39,838 bases of DNA from a virus (lineage: Duplodnaviria > Caudoviricetes). Within the stretch, counting starts at the first letter, position 1. Each line of letters opens with the position of its first letter. Positions 1 to 8,064 of this stretch are shown here, in pieces. Where the stretch lies: positions 1 through 39,838 of IMG/VR virus record IMGVR_UViG_3300033417_000028; one strand, 5' to 3'. The position numbers were made by a program, and so were the translations under genes. Under the pieces are notes generated by a model. That model was given only the letters and a program-made list of their open reading frames with translations. It ran no database searches and had not been told where the DNA came from.

Positions 1-127
1 GGGTATGAGATAAGAGATATTATTTTAGACTACGACTTCAAAAAGTTTGAAGATAAAACACTTGGAAGTATTCTAACGTATCCTAGAGATTTTGGGTATT
101 GCAAAGGCGATTACTTCCTTAATGTGA
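1..127. repeat. 127-bp terminal direct repeat (identical to 39712-39838); circular assembly overlap
   Basis: GGGTATGAGATAAG...CCTTAATGTGA is identical at both ends, and joining the ends restores one continuous ORF. Confidence 0.95.
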
Positions 128-687
128 TACAAAAACACATCAAAGACAAATTAGGAAGCAAGGACGCTACTTTTTACGACCTGAAAAAAAAGGGATTCAA
201 AGACCTTCGTGTTTATTCCACAGAATTGGGTTCATACCAAACCTGCAGGGAGTTTTCCTTTAACGAGTCTCCTCATTGCCCCATTGCTATGGCCGTTAGG
301 TATTCAATGAGCATACCGGGTATTTTTAAATCTTTAAAATACGATGGGAAATACCAAATAGATGGTGGTATGACGTGCAACTTCCCGATACACGCATTTG
401 ACAAAATAAGCACTCCCGACGAGGTGCTAGGGCTATTTTTATTCAACAAAGAAGAGAATGAAGATTTCAAACCACTAAAAGGATGGCGACCGGGAAAGTT
501 CATCGTTCAATCTTTTAAAGCCTCTTTAAAATCACAGGACATCAACTTTTTTAAAGATGAAGAAGAGGTGAAAAGAACTATAATTCTAAACACATTAGGC
601 ATCTCTTCCACCAACTTCAAAATCACTCAGGAAGAAAAACTTAGGTTGATTAAATCGGGATACGATTGCGCTAGGGTGTCATTTTAA
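1..687 (+). CDS. Patatin-like phospholipase, C-terminal part
   Basis: Frame-1 continuation with AVRYSMSIPGIF and the DGG catalytic-Asp motif (YQIDGGMTCNFP). Confidence 0.9.
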   Translation, partial: GYEIRDIILDYDFKKFEDKTLGSILTYPRDFGYCKGDYFLNVIQKHIKDKLGSKDATFYDLKKKGFKDLRVYSTELGSYQTCREFSFNESPHCPIAMAVRYSMSIPGIFKSLKYDGKYQIDGGMTCNFPIHAFDKISTPDEVLGLFLFNKEENEDFKPLKGWRPGKFIVQSFKASLKSQDINFFKDEEEVKRTIILNTLGISSTNFKITQEEKLRLIKSGYDCARVSF

Positions 688-937
688 TCACTGAATAATA
701 AATCAGAAAAGCGCAAGAGGACAATAGGAATATGTAAACTAATGTGATAGCCCTATGGAATATATGATCCCATCTCGCTCGAATAAGGTCTTCGCTGAGG
801 CCTTTAAGCTCTTTTTGTATTTCTTTTAAGTCAGAAATTCTATCTTCAAATTCAGAACCCTCTGTGTTATCGGGGTGCGCAGATAAGCACAACTCAACCG
901 ATTTTAATTTTGATAAAATGCTTTTATTTGTTTTCAT
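671..937 (-). CDS. Hypothetical protein with C-terminal TM helix
   Basis: 88-aa ORF with a hydrophobic C-terminus. Confidence 0.65.
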   Translation of the reverse strand: MKTNKSILSKLKSVELCLSAHPDNTEGSEFEDRISDLKEIQKELKGLSEDLIRARWDHIFHRAITLVYIFLLSSCAFLIYYSVIKMTP

Positions 938-955
938 GTGTTTATTTTATTGTAA

Positions 956-974
956 GTCAAAATGGCATTTTGAC
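956..974. promoter_or_regulatory. Palindrome GTCAAAATG-G-CATTTTGAC (copy 1)
   Basis: Perfect inverted repeat ~20 nt upstream of the ATG at 937; second copy at 1470-1486. Confidence 0.5.
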
Positions 975-1054
975 ACTACTTATCATATACTTGAATGGTT
1001 CGTAGTGGTATGTTAGTTCCTTTTATGTAGATTGTTTTATAAACTTTTATTTCG

Positions 1055-1450
1055 TTAATTGTACTTTCTTCTCAAATACATTATAAATCCTTCGAGTGTT
1101 GCATCTTTGTGAATGAACCTCGTTTTACATCTAGGAGATTCAGGCGAATCATAGACGTATTTTTCATCGCAGTCACAAAAGATAAAGTCAACGCATCCTG
1201 AATCACAAAAAAACCAGTAGCACTCCTTTGTGCTGTCGTTATAGCGCTCTCTCTGATATTCAAGTAAATCGTTAACAGTTATCAATTGATTGGAAAAACT
1301 ATAACTTCTAAAGCTGTAATCTAAGGTCGCAGTGTCAATGCCTTTAACGGCTACTGGTATCGTATCTTTTTGAGCTTTTGCACCCACACAAAAAACCAAA
1401 AAGAATAAGATTGAAAAAGTAATAATTCGTTTAATAAAGTTTGCTTTCAT
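1055..1450 (-). CDS. Hypothetical protein with N-terminal signal peptide
   Basis: MKANFIKRIITFSILFFLVFCVGAKAQ resembles a Sec signal ending AxA-Q. Confidence 0.65.
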   Translation of the reverse strand: MKANFIKRIITFSILFFLVFCVGAKAQKDTIPVAVKGIDTATLDYSFRSYSFSNQLITVNDLLEYQRERYNDSTKECYWFFCDSGCVDFIFCDCDEKYVYDSPESPRCKTRFIHKDATLEGFIMYLRRKYN

Positions 1451-1469
1451 GTTTTTATTTTATTTTAAA

Positions 1470-1486
1470 TCAAAATGGCATTTTGA
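1470..1486. promoter_or_regulatory. Palindrome TCAAAATG-G-CATTTTGA (copy 2)
   Basis: Same palindrome ~20 nt upstream of the ATG at 1450. Confidence 0.5.
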
Positions 1487-1590
1487 CTTTGTTTTTACGT
1501 TCAATCTCTTTTTCTATCTCCTTATATTCTCTGTTTATTTTCTCTCTAAATGCAACCCTCATAAATTGACTCATTTTAATACCTATAGAC

Positions 1591-1614
1591 GCCAAGCCGC
1601 AAAACGTTAGTTGC
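1591..1614. mobile_element. attC-like half site A (truncated), left end of array 1
   Basis: GCCAAGCCGCAAAAC-GTTAGTTG has the same GCAAAAC-GTTAG right arm as site C; its core is complementary to CAACTAAC at 2381. Confidence 0.65.
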
Positions 1615-1787
1615 TATTTGTTTTTGTTCTTTTTTGCCCCACGCTCTTTGGTTTTTTCAAAACCATTAGGATTGGCTTCTCGTTCCAAAATAGACTGTGC
1701 CAAGTTTTTAAAATCCGTATTTTCATCAATCGCTCTTTTTGAAATAGTCTTTACACATTCATTCGATAAATCAAGTAACTTTTTCAT
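1614..1787 (-). CDS. Small hypothetical protein (57 aa, possibly ribbon-helix-helix-like), cassette 1
   Basis: MKKLLDLSNECVKTISKRAIDENTDFKNLAQSILEREAN..., read manually; ATG abuts the upstream stop. Confidence 0.6.
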   Translation of the reverse strand: MKKLLDLSNECVKTISKRAIDENTDFKNLAQSILEREANPNGFEKTKERGAKKNKNK

Positions 1788-2036
1788 TTATATATTGTAT
1801 TTGTGGTTGTGTAAATAATTTATTTCTTCTTCTGTCATTAAGTTGATTGTTTCTAATATCTTTTTCCAAGAGTCTTCTATTTTATTAAAATCATCAACAT
1901 TAAATTCTCCTTTGTTTTCAATTTGAGATAATATCGTCATCCATCTTTTTCCTTTAACTTCTCTTACAGCAATCATCCAATCAAAATGACAACTTCTACA
2001 CCAATTTGTAAAAACTTTCTTTTCTTTAGTTTTCAT
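1788..2036 (-). CDS. Hypothetical protein, cassette 1
   Basis: ORF with ATG at 2036, overlapping the upstream gene. Confidence 0.6.
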   Translation of the reverse strand: MKTKEKKVFTNWCRSCHFDWMIAVREVKGKRWMTILSQIENKGEFNVDDFNKIEDSWKKILETINLMTEEEINYLHNHKYNI

Positions 2037-2220
2037 ATCCAAAAATTAAAGGTAAATCAGTATTTTCCTTGTCATCAGAAAACATTCTACCTTGTTCTCT
2101 TGCATTTTTAATATCTTCCAACGCTTCTTTTTTAGAAATCTTTGTGAATGATGTTTCATAGGTGTCAAACTTCTTCATCCAAGTTCCTTTTGTTGTTCTT
2201 TTAATTGTGATTGTTTCCAT
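2026..2220 (-). CDS. Hypothetical protein, cassette 1 (METITIKRTT...)
   Basis: ATG at 2220 lies just downstream of a TATATTTG promoter box at 2240-2247. Confidence 0.65.
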   Translation of the reverse strand: METITIKRTTKGTWMKKFDTYETSFTKISKKEALEDIKNAREQGRMFSDDKENTDLPLIFGYEN

Positions 2221-2380
2221 TCTTATTAGTTTTGTTTTACAAATATATACTATATATACGAGATATACAACAAAAAGTTTCAAATATTTTATAACTCACT
2301 ATAAATCAATACAATTATTTTTCCTCCCCTTCTCAAAAAAGAACAAAAACAAACAGAATCAGCCCACAATCCCACCGCAC

Positions 2381-2446
2381 CAACTAACAAAGTATATAAA
2401 ACAACTTCGTACCTCAGTCGATTTTATATACTCAACCGTTATAAGC
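2381..2446. mobile_element. attC-like hairpin site B
   Basis: CAACTAAC-aa-AGTATATAAAA...TTTTATATACT-caacc-GTTATAAGC. Confidence 0.85.
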
Positions 2447-2462
2447 AATAAAATAAAATTGC

Positions 2463-2681
2463 CTACACACGCTCAATAATGAAGTAATCGTTTCCAATCG
2501 TAATTCCTTTTTTAAGGTTGCTTTTTTTGTTTGCAATATTTACAAAATGTTCGAGTTCATTCTTCTTTAAACTTTTATTCAAAGCCTTAAAAAAGCAATC
2601 TTCATCGACTTCCGTTAATTGTGCAGGTTTGCAAACTAATTTTCCATACACAACTGCATTTCCTATTTTAAATTTTTCCAT
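2463..2681 (-). CDS. Hypothetical protein, cassette 2
   Basis: 72-aa ORF filling the segment bounded by GTTATAAGC and GCTTATAAC. Confidence 0.7.
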   Translation of the reverse strand: MEKFKIGNAVVYGKLVCKPAQLTEVDEDCFFKALNKSLKKNELEHFVNIANKKSNLKKGITIGNDYFIIERV

Positions 2682-2701
2682 CGCTTTAATTTTATTTTAC
2701 A

Positions 2702-2779
2702 GCTTATAACAGCACATACACGCTATTTTGCCACGCTCAATCCAACGCCCACAGCGTGTATCTGCAAAACGTTAGGCTT
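2702..2779. mobile_element. attC-like hairpin site C
   Basis: GCTTATAAC-a-GCAcATACACGCT...AGCGTGTATcTGC-aaaac-GTTAGGCTT. Confidence 0.85.
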
Positions 2780-3005
2780 CATTTGCCTCCGCACCACAAT
2801 TCATACAAATCCTTACATATTGGTGTACAGATTTTCTGCCACACTTTTTAAATACAGTTGCATCTTGTCCTGCTTGCTGTTCTGGTGTGCAAGGATTGTC
2901 TTTCCTTTCATTTACTAAATCCTGATAATGTTCTGCTTGACTTTTCATCGGGTTTGTGTGCGTTCTCATATAAGCATCACCCCAACATTTTTCACAACTT
3001 GCCAT
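2772..3005 (-). CDS. Cys-rich (zinc-binding-like) small protein, cassette 3
   Basis: MASCEKCWGDA...CMNCG; its TAA stop lies inside the GCCTAAC core. Confidence 0.75.
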   Translation of the reverse strand: MASCEKCWGDAYMRTHTNPMKSQAEHYQDLVNERKDNPCTPEQQAGQDATVFKKCGRKSVHQYVRICMNCGAEANEA

Positions 3006-3038
3006 AATTTTTAAGTTTATCCCACCCGCAAAAAAAGA

Positions 3039-3334
3039 AAGCCTAACAATGTATAACAGCAATACTAACTTTCGTCTTCAAATTCAACTATCGGATGCAA
3101 AATAGATTTTGGTTCCTTTCGTTCCATTCCTTCTGCTATCACTTTTTTAATCATTCTGTTAAAAATCGTTGCACTTTTTTTTGTATAGTATGTCTCTCTG
3201 CTACCCAAGTGTGTACTTATCGCAAGTGCTACACAGTAAAGTTCTTTGTCTGTAAAATCTATTTTATTTCGTGCCATGATTCAAGTTTTAATGTTAATAA
3301 TCCGTACTGCTGTTATACTTTACCGTTAGCATTA
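3039..3334. mobile_element. attC-like site D with a ~240-bp gene-containing loop
   Basis: AAGCCTAAC-aat-GTATAACAGCAATAC (3051-3065) ... GTACTGCTGTTATAC (3304-3318)-tttacc-GTTAGCATTA. Confidence 0.75.
3065..3277 (-). CDS. Hypothetical protein nested in the loop of site D
   Basis: 70-aa ORF MARNKIDF... lying between the two arms. Confidence 0.65.
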   Translation of the reverse strand: MARNKIDFTDKELYCVALAISTHLGSRETYYTKKSATIFNRMIKKVIAEGMERKEPKSILHPIVEFEDES

Positions 3335-3335
3335 A

Positions 3336-3530
3336 TTACTTGCTACCGCACATTACACACACTTTTGCGTATTGATGCACTGTTTTTCTATTACACTTTT
3401 GGCAATTTTTTGCGTCTCTGCCAGCCTGTTCTTCATGTGTGCAAGGGTTGTCTTTTCTTTCTTCAATTAGTTCTTGGTACTTTTCTGCGTTTCCCCACGC
3501 ATCTTCCCAACATTTTTCACAACTTGGCAT
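3336..3530 (-). CDS. Cys-rich small protein, paralog of 2772-3005, cassette 4
   Basis: MPSCEKCWEDA...ERKDNPCT.E.QAG.DA...CVMCG; the longer ORF call runs through site E. Confidence 0.75.
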   Translation of the reverse strand: MPSCEKCWEDAWGNAEKYQELIEERKDNPCTHEEQAGRDAKNCQKCNRKTVHQYAKVCVMCGSK

Positions 3531-3557
3531 AATCTCAATTTTAGCCCGCAAGTAACA

Positions 3558-3659
3558 TAATGCTAACAAGCGGTATAGTTTATAAGCCTTTGAAAGTTTA
3601 TCGTTGGATTGAAGTGGTGTGGTAGGCTTACAAAACCATACCGCCAATCCGTTAGCTGC
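3558..3659. mobile_element. attC-like hairpin site E
   Basis: TAATGCTAAC-aa-GCGGTATAGTTTATAAGCCT...AGGCTTACAAAACCATACCGC-caatcc-GTTAGCTGC. Confidence 0.85.
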
Positions 3660-3685
3660 TATTTGTATTAAAATTTTCCCCACGC

Positions 3686-4042
3686 TCAGAACGGTAAATC
3701 ATTTTCAACCTCGTCAAATAATGGAGGTTGCCTTTTTCTTTCTTCCCAATATTTGCGATCTGCTTCTTCATGATCTCTTGTGTCCTTAATCCAGTCCCAT
3801 ATTTCCATCAGCTTCGGGAATCCTTTCAAATCATCTCTATCAATGTCGTCCGGGCATTCATAGCAAAAGTCGTCAAGTGATAGGGTTTTGTTGAATTTCC
3901 TATTCCACCTTTCCATTTGCTCCTTTTCTTTTGCCTCTTCTTCTTCAAATTCTCGTTGTGATCTGCACGGCAAACATTCACCATTAACAAAATCCTCGTC
4001 AAGTTGAGGTCCGTAATTTTCTTTACAATTCTTACATTCCAT
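3686..4042 (-). CDS. Hypothetical protein with CxxC motifs and acidic DLPF C-terminus
   Basis: 118-aa ORF. Confidence 0.7.
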   Translation of the reverse strand: MECKNCKENYGPQLDEDFVNGECLPCRSQREFEEEEAKEKEQMERWNRKFNKTLSLDDFCYECPDDIDRDDLKGFPKLMEIWDWIKDTRDHEEADRKYWEERKRQPPLFDEVENDLPF

Positions 4043-4226
4043 CGCTCAAAATTTTAATACTTTCATAATGTATTGTTTTAAAATTAGTTACTAAATAAAA
4101 ACCGAACGGCTTACACCGCATAAAACCAATAAAGGTTTCAGTGGGTAATTTCGGCATTGTAGCCCGTTCAAACTGTTGTGTATCTTGATAGTTCATCTCT
4201 CGCATTCCTTTACTGGTCTTATACAA
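4032..4226 (-). CDS. Hypothetical protein
   Basis: Short ORF overlapping the next start; start position uncertain. Confidence 0.4.
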   Translation of the reverse strand: MYKTSKGMREMNYQDTQQFERATMPKLPTETFIGFMRCKPFGFYLVTNFKTIHYESIKILSDGM

Positions 4227-4251
4227 AACGTTTTTTCTTTTTGGATTACGT

Positions 4252-4590
4252 TCATTTTAAATATCCTAATTTCCTTGCTTCTAACGGGTTTTTGTGAATC
4301 CAGTTGTGGCAGCCCCTACATACTGCCAGCCATGTTTTGACGTCTAAAAAATGCTTATCTCTGTCCTTTCCTGAGTAAGTGTGATGCACCTCAACCGACC
4401 TGCCATCTTGGTTTACTTGACACGTTTTGTGATTTTCCAAAAACACTTTTCTTAATGTCAAATATGCTTTATTTTCCTTGTCTCTTTTTGCGCTTACCTT
4501 TTTTATAGGAGTCCGTTTTTTCTTTTCAGATTTAACAGGTTTTGGGTCAGGCGAAAATTGCGAGCAGGTTAGTTTAATGTAGTTTGTCAT
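4252..4590 (-). CDS. HNH-family nuclease
   Basis: EVHH...WLAVCRGCHNWIH motif. Confidence 0.75.
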   Translation of the reverse strand: MTNYIKLTCSQFSPDPKPVKSEKKKRTPIKKVSAKRDKENKAYLTLRKVFLENHKTCQVNQDGRSVEVHHTYSGKDRDKHFLDVKTWLAVCRGCHNWIHKNPLEARKLGYLK

Positions 4591-4707
4591 GGTTGTTTAG
4601 CGATTTTCTTATTTTTTCTTTCATCAATTCAAGCTCTTTTATCTCGTTTTTAATTGTAGATATTGACTTGTCGATGCTTTCTTGTATTTGACCTAGTTCT
4701 TTCATGT

Positions 4708-5070
4708 TTATTTTTCATCAAATTTACTTTTATAAAAATTTATCACCCCCTCCATTTTGTGGCGATAATAAAGTTCCGAATCTTCGTACCCTTCGTTGTT
4801 TTGTTTCCAAAGCAAAAAGAACACTGCTTTTAATCGTTTTGACGGGCTTTTAATTGTTTCAAGCATATTAACGCTAACCTTATCAATTTCATCCATCATT
4901 TCGTTTGTGATGCCGTTTGTTGATATATAAATATTGGCTAAGTTGTTTTGCATAGAAAACAACTCGCCAGCGTCTTTATGGGATAGCTCCTGCGTCCCAA
5001 TAGTCAGTTTAACCGTTTTGTCTTTTCTTGTAGAAACGCCCTCTATTTGAGCCTGTATTATTAGTCCCAT
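4708..5070 (-). CDS. Hypothetical phage protein
   Basis: 120-aa ORF in the recombination region. Confidence 0.7.
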   Translation of the reverse strand: MGLIIQAQIEGVSTRKDKTVKLTIGTQELSHKDAGELFSMQNNLANIYISTNGITNEMMDEIDKVSVNMLETIKSPSKRLKAVFFLLWKQNNEGYEDSELYYRHKMEGVINFYKSKFDEK

Positions 5071-5262
5071 TTAATTTACGATTTTGCAATTACTAATCAC
5101 GTTGTTTTCATCTTCTCCCTCTACAATAACAGTATCGTCTCCGTAATCGCCTGCGTTCTGCTTAGCCTCTTTCAATGTGTCGCACACTTCATAACACACG
5201 GCTCTATCTTCGTCCGTTCTGTATCTGCCGTCAAATAGTAGCCATATTTTAGTTTTTGCCAT
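5071..5262 (-). CDS. Hypothetical protein
   Basis: 63-aa ORF abutting the next gene. Confidence 0.65.
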   Translation of the reverse strand: MAKTKIWLLFDGRYRTDEDRAVCYEVCDTLKEAKQNAGDYGDDTVIVEGEDENNVISNCKIVN

Positions 5263-5399
5263 TTTGTTTATAATTTAATTATTTTTATTGTGATGTTATG
5301 ATTTTTAATCATAGTAAGTTTATATCCGTAATACCCCTACTTTGATTTTTGTAGAAAATATTACCGAATCTATTGAGAAAACATTTTTTAACTTTAATT

Positions 5400-5742
5400 T
5401 TCTCAATTTAGCTTCCTATCGTCAAGTATCCCAATCCGTAGTGGGTGCTTATGCTTTCCTTTAGGTCATTACGTCGTATGTTGCTCTCCAGCATTGCATA
5501 CACTATACCATAAGCGCAACGAACAAAACTTCTGAATTATTTTACAATGTAAAGCCATTGCTGGGCATCCTTTCGGACTTGTAATTCTGGACTAAAACCC
5601 TATGATAGGCTATAAATGCAAAAAGCCATCTCGGCTGGTGGGCAACTTCGATGGCTCTGCATTATAGAAAGGCTTTCGCCAATGTTTTAATGTTTTTGCT
5701 ATTAAACGTGCCCACCACATTTATAACTTACCCACAAAGATA
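5400..5742 (-). ncRNA. Candidate structured non-coding/leader RNA
   Basis: Gap lacking long ORFs behind a TATCTTTG box (5735-5742); two GAAA-tetraloop hairpins and a stem whose loop TGCCCACCA complements upstream TGGTGGGCA. Confidence 0.4.
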
Positions 5743-5778
5743 AAAAATAATCTCAATACAAAATCAAAGAACGGTAAA

Positions 5779-6690
5779 TTATTTTATGAACTTTAACGCC
5801 TCTTTTATTTCTGTTTGACCCCCCACCCCCTTTCCGGTTAAAGAATCAACTTGGCTGTCCTTAAGCATCTCAATTGCGCCTTGCGCTTGCTCTTTATTGT
5901 AAGTCGACATGTGTTTTTCTATAAACTCTTTCTTTTCCTCTGATATAGTAGAGGTGTGAAGAAGCCCATCAATGTAATTTAGTTGCTCGAATGTTGCCTG
6001 AAAGTCGTCATTTGTTAAATCAATAGCTTTTGCGAGTTTATCGAAATTTGATTTAGGCAAATATTTTACTATCCTTTTGATAACTGTTTTTCGAGCCATT
6101 TCATCAAACCAGTCATCCCAAATACAAGACTTTGCTTTTCCTCCCTTAAATGACTTGTAGCTTTCGGACGTGTCTCTTATTCCCTCCACCTCTTTAATAT
6201 CCATAACCTCCGTTTGCTTTGACCCATTAGCCAAAACAGCAACTGCATAAACACCAATCATTTTGCCCCTTACACCAAGTTTTGGCTTGTGTATAATAAT
6301 ATTTTCAGTGCCTAAATTCTGTTCAAATTCGTCGTTTTCGTAAACTAAATGAGCGTAACAGTTAACTATACTCCCGCTATCCGTAAGAAGTTTAATTAAA
6401 CCCTGATATGATGGCTCTAAGCAACATTCTATTGCACTTGAAGCACTATTATAGCGAGGAACTAAATACGCCAGCTTCTGAGCCGGATTAAGCGTCAGTC
6501 CTATTTGAGCCAAATTTAAAACACTTACCAATATACTATTTGGAGTTGACCTAGACAAGTAGGCGTTTTTCTGTAAATGCTGCAATGCAAAGGAACATTC
6601 CTTTTCAAAAGTTTTTTCATCAACCAACTCAGCAAACATTTTTTTAATCGGGGTAAAGTCTGCTTTGTTTTTAATCGGATTTGATTCCAT
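5779..6690 (-). CDS. recT: RecT/Bet-family single-strand annealing protein
   Basis: GLTLNP...AYLVP, SYQGLIKL, VYENDEF, W...DEMARKTVIKR..KYLP motifs. Confidence 0.9.
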   Translation of the reverse strand: MESNPIKNKADFTPIKKMFAELVDEKTFEKECSFALQHLQKNAYLSRSTPNSILVSVLNLAQIGLTLNPAQKLAYLVPRYNSASSAIECCLEPSYQGLIKLLTDSGSIVNCYAHLVYENDEFEQNLGTENIIIHKPKLGVRGKMIGVYAVAVLANGSKQTEVMDIKEVEGIRDTSESYKSFKGGKAKSCIWDDWFDEMARKTVIKRIVKYLPKSNFDKLAKAIDLTNDDFQATFEQLNYIDGLLHTSTISEEKKEFIEKHMSTYNKEQAQGAIEMLKDSQVDSLTGKGVGGQTEIKEALKFIK

Positions 6691-6697
6691 GTTTTTT

Positions 6698-6919
6698 TTA
6701 GTTTTTTATTAATTTACCTATTCTTTTAATTTCTTCCATAACTCGAAGAGTCTTATTTGTGCCAAAAGTTTTCCCCTCTTTTTCAAGAAAAGATATTAAA
6801 TTATTCATTATTTTTTCTAGATCATTATCAGAAATTGACATTGATACAAAGTGGTGTGCTGTCTCCACACGCTTCGTCTTTGCGCCTAGCCAATATGGGT
6901 CTGTATGGTTAATATACAT
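6698..6919 (-). CDS. Hypothetical protein
   Basis: ORF; start likely at MYINHTD near 6919-6922. Confidence 0.5.
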   Translation of the reverse strand: MYINHTDPYWLGAKTKRVETAHHFVSMSISDNDLEKIMNNLISFLEKEGKTFGTNKTLRVMEEIKRIGKLIKN

Positions 6920-7131
6920 CATTTCGACAAAAATACAACAGTAAGCAATGCAACAGAACACGTCAGTACGAATGCTGTGATAGCGAACCACACCCTTTCT
7001 GTAGCTTTTATTTCTCTCAGAAAATAGTCTGCTAGGTCATTTGCAGGGTCACTAGAGTTGACCATTATTGATTTAACTATTTTTTTTGTTGCGTAAAATT
7101 CTGTTTTTTTCATGTGTTTTTTTTTAGTCAA
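6919..7131 (-). CDS. Small membrane protein
   Basis: C-terminal hydrophobic helix. Confidence 0.55.
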   Translation of the reverse strand: MTKKKHMKKTEFYATKKIVKSIMVNSSDPANDLADYFLREIKATERVWFAITAFVLTCSVALLTVVFLSK

Positions 7132-7714
7132 AATAAATTATTTCAAATTCTCCTTTCTTCATGTAAATCCGGTTGTTCTGCCTTTCGATCACCACCGCCG
7201 TGCCGTAGTTGTCTGTGACCGTGCCGTAGTTGCGTGTGACCGTGCCGTAGTTGCGTGTGACCGTGCCGTAGTTGTCTGTGACCGTGCCGGAGTTGCGTGT
7301 GACCGTGCCGTAGTTGTATGTGACCGTGCCGGAGTTGCGTGTGACCGTGCCGTAGTTGCGTGTGACCGTGCCGGAGTTGTATGTGACCGTGCCGTAGTTG
7401 TCTGTGACCGTGCCGGAGAGATTTATAGACAAAACGCTTTCGTCAATCACGCATTCTTTTTTTTCGATAAAAATATTATGATTATTTAAAATATTAGCAT
7501 CGTATTGCTCCAAAATCTCAACCGAAATCACATTATGGCTAACAGCCCATGAGCCATTTATACAGATTATTTTCCAAAAATCTGCTTCATTTTTTGAGTT
7601 CATTAATTTGCCGAACTCTTCATCATAAGGAGTGTTTTGGCTTCCGCATGCTTCTTTTTCTATACATTTCTGTATTATAATTTCTCGAATTTCTTCAAAA
7701 GATAATTTTTCCAT
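7124..7714 (-). CDS. Protein with ten GTVT[DYR]N[YS] heptad repeats (beta-solenoid-like)
   Basis: 196-aa ORF containing a 21-bp tandem repeat. Confidence 0.8.
   Translation of the reverse strand: MEKLSFEEIREIIIQKCIEKEACGSQNTPYDEEFGKLMNSKNEADFWKIICINGSWAVSHNVISVEILEQYDANILNNHNIFIEKKECVIDESVLSINLSGTVTDNYGTVTYNSGTVTRNYGTVTRNSGTVTYNYGTVTRNSGTVTDNYGTVTRNYGTVTRNYGTVTDNYGTAVVIERQNNRIYMKKGEFEIIYFD
7198..7417. repeat. 21-bp coding tandem repeat, 10 units plus a partial
   Basis: CCGTGCCG[T/G]AGTTG[TC/CG/TA]TGTGA units. Confidence 0.95.
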
Positions 7715-7733
7715 TTTTTAGTTTTTGTTTGTT

Positions 7734-8045
7734 TTATAAAGTTTCTTTTACTTCTTCTATAATGGCAATGACCTTTTCTTTAACAGGCAAATAGTAGCTG
7801 TTAGTCTCAATTATATCCATAATCTCATGCCTCTTAGCGTATATCTCCCACCTACTTACATCCTTACCTTTCATTAGAGGAAAGAGTATATTTGCCTTTA
7901 TCTTCAATGTTTTTAAAACTTCGGCGTGATTCGACGTTTTCCTTTCGGCATTTATCTTATAATCGCCTACGTAATCGTTTCCGAAAGCGTGTTTAGCTGC
8001 GGTGTCAATGCCTGCTAGTCTTTTTATGATTGTGGTTACTATCAT
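7734..8045 (-). CDS. Hypothetical protein
   Basis: 103-aa ORF with A-rich leader. Confidence 0.7.
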   Translation of the reverse strand: MIVTTIIKRLAGIDTAAKHAFGNDYVGDYKINAERKTSNHAEVLKTLKIKANILFPLMKGKDVSRWEIYAKRHEIMDIIETNSYYLPVKEKVIAIIEEVKETL

Positions 8046-8064
8046 TTTAAGTTGTTTTAGTTAT

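Noticed and set aside
1-127. Biological terminal repeat of the virion DNA
   Set aside because: 127 nt matches a common assembler k-mer overlap, and the repeat falls mid-gene.
3531-3683. N-terminal extensions of ORFs 3336-3683 and 2772-3062
   Set aside because: They read through attC-like sites; paralog alignment places the starts at 3530 and 3005.
7198-7417. CRISPR array
   Set aside because: Contiguous in-frame 21-bp coding repeats with no unique spacers and no cas genes.
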